64,000 nucleotides of DNA from the IMG/VR virus record IMGVR_UViG_3300050821_002494, positions 5,247 through 69,246 of that record; one strand, 5' to 3'. Origin of the DNA: a virus. The notes below the pieces were generated by a model. That model worked only from the letters and a program-made list of their open reading frames with translations. It was not told the DNA's origin and ran no database searches. Positions 57,842 through 64,000 of the stretch are shown one piece after another. Within the stretch, counting starts at the first letter, position 1. Every line of letters starts with the position of its first letter. Made by a program: the position numbers and the translations under genes.

Positions 57842-58486
57842 CTAGAGTGAAGAGAGCACTTTACTTATGCTCTCACTGAGAGAGGGAGCCGTCAAGGAGC
57901 GGAGGTCCCACTGAGACCACCACTTCGCGTTCTTGCTGGAGCACCAGTCGTTGCGGTTTAGCCAGCCCGTCAGGTACTGCGGCATGCCGAGGGACCGGAA
58001 GTAGGCCTCCTTCGTGGAGTGCATCAGCTGCATGGCGGCCGCCCAGCCGACGCTCTTAATCCACGCATTGTAGTGAGCTATAGTGTCGGGTCCTATAACT
58101 CCATCTGCGGTGGCGCCGCAGAGTGTCTGGGTGTGACGGATGGGGTTCGTCGGGCCAGCCATCCAGCCCCAGTCGAGCAGGGCCGCCGTTACAGGGCCCC
58201 ACGCCAGCTGGTTCTCATGGACGGCCGCGAAGTACTGGCTCTCACCGATGTCCGCCGCCTCCTTCAGCGTCACCGTCTCCATCATTTCGGGCGTGACAGA
58301 CGATGTGGGGATGCCTCGATGCTGCGCAAGGGCCGGCGCCGTGACGCCGTGCTGCGAGCCAATGAGGACGCCGTCGTACCAGTTGCCGCTGTCGTTGGGG
58401 TCGAGCGAGAGGACCTGACGTCCGTCCTCGTCTTCCCACGTATTGATGACGTCCTCTAAGAACGTCTCGGGTGTCGGGTTTGACAT
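57842..58486 (-). CDS. Endolysin, GH108-like lysozyme with peptidoglycan-binding domain
   Basis: E..DPNDSGN..HGVT, D..W.AG, DGVIGPDT, GWLNR. Confidence 0.8.
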   Translation of the reverse strand: MSNPTPETFLEDVINTWEDEDGRQVLSLDPNDSGNWYDGVLIGSQHGVTAPALAQHRGIPTSSVTPEMMETVTLKEAADIGESQYFAAVHENQLAWGPVTAALLDWGWMAGPTNPIRHTQTLCGATADGVIGPDTIAHYNAWIKSVGWAAAMQLMHSTKEAYFRSLGMPQYLTGWLNRNDWCSSKNAKWWSQWDLRSLTAPSLSESISKVLSSL

Positions 58487-58567
58487 GCCTGTGCCTTTCT
58501 GAGCTTGCGTTGATGGAAGTATTCACGCACGCCGTGACCGATAGCGAGGGCTGACAGGACTAGAAGA

Positions 58568-58993
58568 CTAGTCGTGCTTATCATCTGGTTTGTCCTCCTT
58601 TCTCGGAGTGTCGTGGACTTTGATGTCGTCAGGAAGCTCCCGGATGGGGCGCCCCAGAACTACATCAATCCAGCGTCCTGCGGTGGTGGAGGGATGAAGT
58701 ATTCCCTCGCGGAGTGCGGACATGACGTATGCGACGATCTCCATCCCTACGGAGCCGATGGAAAACATGATACCGTAGGTAGTGGCCTCGGGGAGGCTGA
58801 AGTAGGCACCGAGGGCGCCGCCGACGTAGTATCCCATGGTAAGGCTCAGCACCCACGCAAGCAAGCGCTCGCGCAGCGTCTGGGCCTTACGGTAACGGGT
58901 GCCCAGCAGCGCCCCGAAGGCGGCGGGCAGGTAGGGCAGGATGTCCTTCAGGTTGATCTTGCTGAGGTCGATCATCATTAGCATCCCAATCAT
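58568..58993 (-). CDS. Holin (putative)
   Basis: Three hydrophobic segments, charged C-tail, multiple N-terminal Met (MIGMLMM), upstream of endolysin. Confidence 0.65.
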   Translation of the reverse strand: MIGMLMMIDLSKINLKDILPYLPAAFGALLGTRYRKAQTLRERLLAWVLSLTMGYYVGGALGAYFSLPEATTYGIMFSIGSVGMEIVAYVMSALREGILHPSTTAGRWIDVVLGRPIRELPDDIKVHDTPRKEDKPDDKHD

Positions 58994-59280
58994 GTAGGTT
59001 GTGCGGTTACGGAGAGGCCGAGGGCGGCCTGCAGTGACGCGACCGTCAATCCTATGATCGCCAATCCCTGCGCGGGCGTCAATACCAGCGGAGGAGGGGG
59101 CTGTAAGGCGGGCGGCGGGTTGGGGTTTATGGGGTTGCCGTTGTTCCAAGTCCAGCCACTGCCGCACGCTACTGCACAGACCGCTACCAGCGCGCCCTGA
59201 GGCGGCGTCCACTGAGAGACGCCGTCCCACTCAATCAGATTTTGTATCATGCCGGAGACCACAACCGCGTAGGTAGACAT
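58990..59280 (-). CDS. Tail fibre assembly-like protein
   Basis: YAVV..NLIEWDG..GWTW after fibre gene. Confidence 0.65.
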   Translation of the reverse strand: MSTYAVVVSGMIQNLIEWDGVSQWTPPQGALVAVCAVACGSGWTWNNGNPINPNPPPALQPPPPLVLTPAQGLAIIGLTVASLQAALGLSVTAQPT

Positions 59281-59286
59281 GGCATC

Positions 59287-61263
59287 CTAGTGTAAGAGGA
59301 ACTCAGTGACGACGATGTAGCCGGCGGTGGCTACGCCACCGGCCGCCGCGCCTGCCGTAGCCGCAGAGCCGCCACCGCCACCGCCGGAGGCGTGTCCCGT
59401 GCCTGCGTTACCCGTGGTGGCCGTGTTTGCGCCTAAGACGAGAGCGAGGCCGCCGCCGCCAACGAGAGAGCTTCCGCCCGCGCCGCCAACGATGCCATTG
59501 GTCGAGCCTGCCTGAGTGCTCGTCCCGGGGGCTCCTGTTGACGTGAGGTCGCCAGTGCCAGCGATGCCACCGCTGCCGCCCAACGAGATGGCACCAGACG
59601 TCGCGGCGTTGCCGGCGCCACCTGAGCCGCCCTTGCCAATACACAACGCGCCTAGTGATGTGTCGCCACCGCTGCCGCCTGCGTTGTTGCCGGCGGTGGC
59701 GCCAGTGCCGGCGGCACCGATGGTTACAACTTGAGAGCCACCAATTGTGGACGCAGTAGCAAATTTACGTGAGTAGCTACCCGCGCCGCCGCCGGCACCG
59801 AAGGCCACAACTCCGCCGCCAGTGCCTGCCGTGCCTCCACCGCCACCACCGGCGCCCCAGCACTCGATGATGCAGTAGACCATGTTGGCCGTAGGTGTGT
59901 AGGTGCCGCTCGACGTGAAGACTTGTACGTTGATCTTGAGGTTAGCGAGCGCCGCAACCACGTAGGCGGTGGAGGCGGCAGCAGTAGTGTTGGTGTTTGC
60001 GGCGGCCGTCGGCACCAGCATCGAGGCCGCGCCGGAGAAGTCGTTCGCGCCAGTGTAGGTGTTCGAGGACGCGAGGCCCACGAGGCGATCCCACCCCGTC
60101 GTGCCGTTGGTGTTGTAGTAGGGGAGGCCGTCGCTGCGCAGATACAGCGAGCCCTGCGCCTGAGACGCCGTCGGCGCGCCCGAGCCGAAGATGATGCCGA
60201 AGTGAGGCGTCGAGCTGAAGAGAGCGCCGATGTCCTGCGTGCCGCCGGCCGGGATGGCGGTGCCGTTGTCGATGAACACCGAGCCGCCGTGGAAGGCGTT
60301 GCCGGGGTTAGAGGTCTGGCCGAACTTGTCGACGCTGAAGACGTTGACGCCGCCGACAAGCGCCTGCAGCGGATACGACGGCGAGCCTGAGGCGGTGTTG
60401 ACGATGCTGATCTGCAGGCCGGTGAACGCGACGGCTGCGTTGTTCCACGTCTGGATGAATTGCGCGGGCGTCGAGGACGTGATGGTGCCTTCATTGTTGA
60501 CGATCTGGCCATTGACGGTGAAGGTGCCGGTGAACGTCGGGTTGTTGATGACGGGCGACGTCAGCGTCTTGTTGGTCAGTGTCTGCGCGGCGGTGAGGCC
60601 CACGAATTGCTGCCACGTCGTCGTGACACCGACGCCGGAGTTGAAGTAGGGCGGCTGAGAGGTAGCGTCGTCGCGGAGATACAGCGACCCCGAGCGCGCG
60701 GACAGCGTCGGCGCGCCGGAGCCGACGGTTAAGGCGACGGCGTCGGAGGTGAAGGTGAGAATGCCGGTAGTCGTGGTGCCGCCCGCGACTGGTGCGGCGG
60801 CCTCGCCGATGGAGATGTTCGCGCCGTACTTATTGAGCGCGAGGTTGTGCGTGCCGGCGCTGGGGTCGCTGCCCTGTATCGCGACCTCGCCTGCGGTGTC
60901 AGAGAAGAGATTGATCTGCAGAGCGTTGGTCTGGAAGTGGAAGATCGAGGCGTTCTGTTCGATGGACGCCAGCAGCGAGCCATTGGCGGCGAAGGAGATG
61001 TCCGATGCGCCCTGACTGAAGATGCCTCGGTCGGGTGTGCCGAAGTAGATCGACGGCGCGCCGACCGTGCCGTTGGGCGCGCCGAGCGGGAAGGGATTGA
61101 CTGTGCCGGTGATCGTGACGTTCGTCAGCACGGCGCCGTTCGAGAACACTAGTGAGCCGCTGCCGGTCGTCGGGAGGTTCGCGCCGTACTGGTCAGCGAG
61201 CCGCACGGGCGTGCCGCCCTGCGTGACTAGGGTGACGTACTGGAAGTTGCTTATCGCGCTCAT
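59287..61263 (-). CDS. Tail fibre with internal repeat and Gly-rich C-terminal domain
   Basis: GSGAPT.S...GSLYLR.D twice; QTLTNKTLTSP; FTSSGTYTP..GAGGGGG. Confidence 0.85.
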   Translation of the reverse strand: MSAISNFQYVTLVTQGGTPVRLADQYGANLPTTGSGSLVFSNGAVLTNVTITGTVNPFPLGAPNGTVGAPSIYFGTPDRGIFSQGASDISFAANGSLLASIEQNASIFHFQTNALQINLFSDTAGEVAIQGSDPSAGTHNLALNKYGANISIGEAAAPVAGGTTTTGILTFTSDAVALTVGSGAPTLSARSGSLYLRDDATSQPPYFNSGVGVTTTWQQFVGLTAAQTLTNKTLTSPVINNPTFTGTFTVNGQIVNNEGTITSSTPAQFIQTWNNAAVAFTGLQISIVNTASGSPSYPLQALVGGVNVFSVDKFGQTSNPGNAFHGGSVFIDNGTAIPAGGTQDIGALFSSTPHFGIIFGSGAPTASQAQGSLYLRSDGLPYYNTNGTTGWDRLVGLASSNTYTGANDFSGAASMLVPTAAANTNTTAAASTAYVVAALANLKINVQVFTSSGTYTPTANMVYCIIECWGAGGGGGGTAGTGGGVVAFGAGGGAGSYSRKFATASTIGGSQVVTIGAAGTGATAGNNAGGSGGDTSLGALCIGKGGSGGAGNAATSGAISLGGSGGIAGTGDLTSTGAPGTSTQAGSTNGIVGGAGGSSLVGGGGLALVLGANTATTGNAGTGHASGGGGGGSAATAGAAAGGVATAGYIVVTEFLLH

Positions 61264-62246
61264 GAGTGATCCTCACCAAACATATTCTCGAAGTGCTTCA
61301 CGAGGCGATAGCCCGAGGTGTCGGCGTAGGCCTCCATCCACGGGTTCGCTTTGATCGCTGCCGCAGAGACCGTCTCGCGCACAGGCTTCGAGAGGTTCGT
61401 CAGCAGGTGGCCGCCGCCGGCTTGGCCGAGGAGGTGCATCGAATACAGCTCGCCCTTCGTAGGCAGCCGCCCGAGGATGGGCTTGATGGCGTCCATGCTG
61501 TCTGCGGTGTAGGCATGGATCGCCGCCTCGTGCTGCTCGGGGTGCTGGTCGGGGTGGTAGAAGCCCTCGTCTGTCAGGCCGAGCTTGGGGTTCTTCGCGT
61601 AGCTGTCCCACGTCGACTTCAGGAACTGGTAGGGCCCCGAGGCGCCGCTCGTGGGGTTGACGGCGTTGTAGTTCGCCTTCGTCCCCTCGGGGCCTCTGAG
61701 CTTAGCATAGAAGTCTCCGGCGGGCGCATCGACGTTGGGGTCGATGTCCCCTGTGTCTGGGCCGGCGGTCGGCGTCATGGCGGCGCCACGCCTGATCACG
61801 GGGGCCAGCGCCGGCTGGCCGTCGGGGTCGGGTAGGTCAGGGAGGCCCCGCTTCACTCGGTCTGCGCCGGCTAGTGCGGCCGCGACGTCGTCGCTGGCCG
61901 GCTCCTTGGCCTGCCGCTGGGGGCCGGCTAGTGCGTCGAGGCTCTCCGGGGCGAGCTTGGGGTAGTCCAACTGAGGGGGCTGCTGAATATCGGGCGGGAG
62001 GGCTTGCATCCGGCCGTGCTGGCGTGGTAGAACCGGCCCAAACGGGCTCGCTGGGAGGCCGTAGGGGCTCGGGCCGCCGGTAGGAGCCGGCACCTTAGGA
62101 ACCGCCCCAGCGGGCTGCTGTGGGCCGCCTGAGAGCACGCCCGACTGCTTCAGCAGGCGCTGCATCTGCGCGAGCCGGTTGGCGGTATCGGAGCTGTCCG
62201 GGAACTCGATGGAGGGGTCCGAGAGGAGGGGGCTATAGAGGGACAC
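61260..62246 (-). CDS. Virion lytic transglycosylase / ejection protein
   Basis: E..N..SGASGPYQF..TW, LYSMHLLG..GG, ANP. Confidence 0.75.
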   Translation of the reverse strand: MSLYSPLLSDPSIEFPDSSDTANRLAQMQRLLKQSGVLSGGPQQPAGAVPKVPAPTGGPSPYGLPASPFGPVLPRQHGRMQALPPDIQQPPQLDYPKLAPESLDALAGPQRQAKEPASDDVAAALAGADRVKRGLPDLPDPDGQPALAPVIRRGAAMTPTAGPDTGDIDPNVDAPAGDFYAKLRGPEGTKANYNAVNPTSGASGPYQFLKSTWDSYAKNPKLGLTDEGFYHPDQHPEQHEAAIHAYTADSMDAIKPILGRLPTKGELYSMHLLGQAGGGHLLTNLSKPVRETVSAAAIKANPWMEAYADTSGYRLVKHFENMFGEDHS

Positions 62247-63991
62247 TATTCACTCCTGCTGAAGGCAGGCTGCGGCATTCCGACGCTGTTGTTTTGGTCG
62301 AGCTGAGGCTCCGCCAGCCGGGCCGACCGGAAGGCGTTGGGGGCGACGCGCTGGGCGCCCCGGTAGGTGGCTGCGGCGGCGCGCGCCGGCACCGAGCCAG
62401 CGACGCGGCCGAGGCCGTAGGCGGCCGTGCCGGCGAGGCGGGGCGACATCATGGCGGCCGTGCTGAGGGCCATACCGAGGTGGGGGAGGCCGGTCATTGG
62501 GCTGATCGCGGCGTGGCCTGCGGCGATAGGCAGCTCTAGGCCGATGCCTACGCCGCGCAGGCCACGCGGGGCCCACGACTTGAACTGGTCGGCGGCTAGG
62601 TGGGACATCAGGTTCTCGTTGCCGGTGCCCTCGACGGCCTCCTTCAGCTGCGTGTTGCGGATGCCGTGGTCGACGTGCTGCTGCCTCCAGACCTTCTGCA
62701 TCTGGCGAATGGCGGACATCTTGCTGGCCTTGTCGCCAAGCGAGAACTCCTTCATGAGGTTCTGCAGGCTGTCGGTCTTCGCCTCGTAGGCCTTCATCGC
62801 GTCGCCGTAGTCGGGGACGGCATCGATGATCGTCTTGCGGACTGCGGCCGCGACCTTGCCGGCGTAGGCGGAGGCGGCGGTTGGCATAGAGCCCACCTTC
62901 TGGCCCTCGCCGAGATTGTAGATCGACTGCTTCAGCTTATCGAAGCCAACGGCGGTGTGATAGTCGGGGCCCATCGCCTTGAACTTGTTGATCTCGTCTT
63001 CGATTGCGGCACGCATCTCCTGCGGGACGGCGTCGGCGATGCGGTAGCCCACGCCGGGTGACGTATCGAGCGGGGCCTTGTAGGCGCCGATCTTCGTGGC
63101 GTCCTGCACGGCCTTGTCGACGCGCGCGAAGTCGACGGGCTTGTCAGCGGAGGCAACCTTCGCCATATCGTCGATGTAGCCTTGGCTGCGAGCCTCGAAC
63201 TTCTGTGAGAGGACGTCCTTGATCATGTCGTAGGACTTGTCGACGTCAAGGCCGCCAGTGAGGGCCTTCCATGTGCCGGGTGTAATCTCCTTGCCGCTGT
63301 CGAAGACCTTGCTGATCGCGCCACTACCGACGCCGTCGGCGGAAGCCACGAGGCCGTCTGCTACCTTCGCTGCGGCGTCGCCACCAACCTTCGCTGCCGA
63401 CTTCACGGTGTCCAGCACCTTCGCTGGATCGAGGCCCTGTATAGCCTTGCCTGCCTTACCGAGCTTGCCGAGTGGCCCGAGGAGTGGGATCGCATCCATC
63501 AGGAAACCGACGGGGTTCTCTGCGGCCTCCTTCTTCGCGTTGCTCCACGAGCCGTAGGTGTCGACGTAGTGAGAGAGGATTGCCTCGCCGAGCTTCGCGG
63601 GGTAGGCGGGGAGATTGCTCAGCACCTCGCCGGGGTGCTCGTAGGCGTAGCTGCCGGCAGCCTTCGCGCCCTCTATGGTTTCGCCGACGGTCTTCTTCAG
63701 GCTCGGGATAAAATTGTGTGCGGCCTCTGCGGGTACGTCAGATAGCGCTCGATCAGGGACGGGCGCTGCGACTGCAGATGGCGCGGGGCCGGCTTCCAGA
63801 GAGAAGGGGTTAGCTTGCGGAGGAGCGGCAGGGGCGGCGGGCGCTTCAAGAGAGAAGGGGTTCGCATTGGCTGCAGGCGGCGCAGCCGTAGGTCCTGCGG
63901 CGGGCGGAACCAGAGGCTTGAGGGCGTTCTTAGAAAACGGACTGTCGCGCAGCATGCGCTCATCGATTGCTCCGTATGCTGGATCGGTCAT
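62246..63991 (-). CDS. Internal virion (DNA ejection) protein
   Basis: Ala/Gly-rich helical, ANPFSLEA repeated, SPRLAG near C-term. Confidence 0.65.
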   Translation of the reverse strand: MTDPAYGAIDERMLRDSPFSKNALKPLVPPAAGPTAAPPAANANPFSLEAPAAPAAPPQANPFSLEAGPAPSAVAAPVPDRALSDVPAEAAHNFIPSLKKTVGETIEGAKAAGSYAYEHPGEVLSNLPAYPAKLGEAILSHYVDTYGSWSNAKKEAAENPVGFLMDAIPLLGPLGKLGKAGKAIQGLDPAKVLDTVKSAAKVGGDAAAKVADGLVASADGVGSGAISKVFDSGKEITPGTWKALTGGLDVDKSYDMIKDVLSQKFEARSQGYIDDMAKVASADKPVDFARVDKAVQDATKIGAYKAPLDTSPGVGYRIADAVPQEMRAAIEDEINKFKAMGPDYHTAVGFDKLKQSIYNLGEGQKVGSMPTAASAYAGKVAAAVRKTIIDAVPDYGDAMKAYEAKTDSLQNLMKEFSLGDKASKMSAIRQMQKVWRQQHVDHGIRNTQLKEAVEGTGNENLMSHLAADQFKSWAPRGLRGVGIGLELPIAAGHAAISPMTGLPHLGMALSTAAMMSPRLAGTAAYGLGRVAGSVPARAAAATYRGAQRVAPNAFRSARLAEPQLDQNNSVGMPQPAFSRSE

Positions 63992-64000
63992 TATCTACTC

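Larger units (their letters stand above)
1..64000. mobile_element. Tailed bacteriophage genome segment (podovirus-like; both window edges lie inside the virion module)
   Basis: Terminase, portal, capsid, tail fibres, endolysin/spanins, PolA/primase/helicase present; no host genes, no tape measure or sheath gene seen. Confidence 0.97.

Noticed and set aside
59300-59860. GG dipeptides in the tail fibre as more cleavage motifs
   Set aside because: Ordinary glycine-rich domain without the [YF]xxGGxV context
59287-61263. Tail-fibre internal repeat as a DGR template/variable pair
   Set aside because: No reverse transcriptase in the window and differences are not adenine-specific
1-64000. Stop-codon reassignment or introns/inteins in core genes
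   Set aside because: terL, portal, capsid, polA and helicase are full length in the standard code; all three stops are used normally

Overview
The whole window is a GC-rich tailed-phage (Caudoviricetes, podovirus-like) genome segment with no bacterial housekeeping genes; an alphaproteobacterial host is inferred from promoter style and apparent GANTC avoidance. Layout: minus-strand morphogenesis arm (terminases, a 1222-aa multi-module protein, portal, small basic proteins, GroES-like protein, scaffold, Mu-gpT-like capsid, adaptors, tail fibre running off the left edge); a non-coding hinge at about 24.8-25.9 kb (two promoters, a heavily base-paired ncRNA candidate, iteron-like repeats); a minus-strand block of small genes with a VapE-like ATPase; a plus-strand early region built from repeated promoter cassettes; replication genes (SSB, primase, RNA ligase, PolA, SNF2 helicase, nuclease); then minus-strand lysis, tail-fibre and ejection genes. 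Best lead: the 1222-aa protein is a string of unrelated domains (ParB-like, SAM-lyase-like, JAB-peptidase-like, HhH-like) each bounded by a [YF]-x-x-G-G-x-V motif that recurs in neighbouring small basic proteins, suggesting a di-glycine-processed virion polyprotein. Other leads: a leaderless mini-gene copying the capsid C-terminus, a ~285-nt structured RNA, a frameshifted Mom-like gene. All family calls are from motif recognition by eye; no searches were run.
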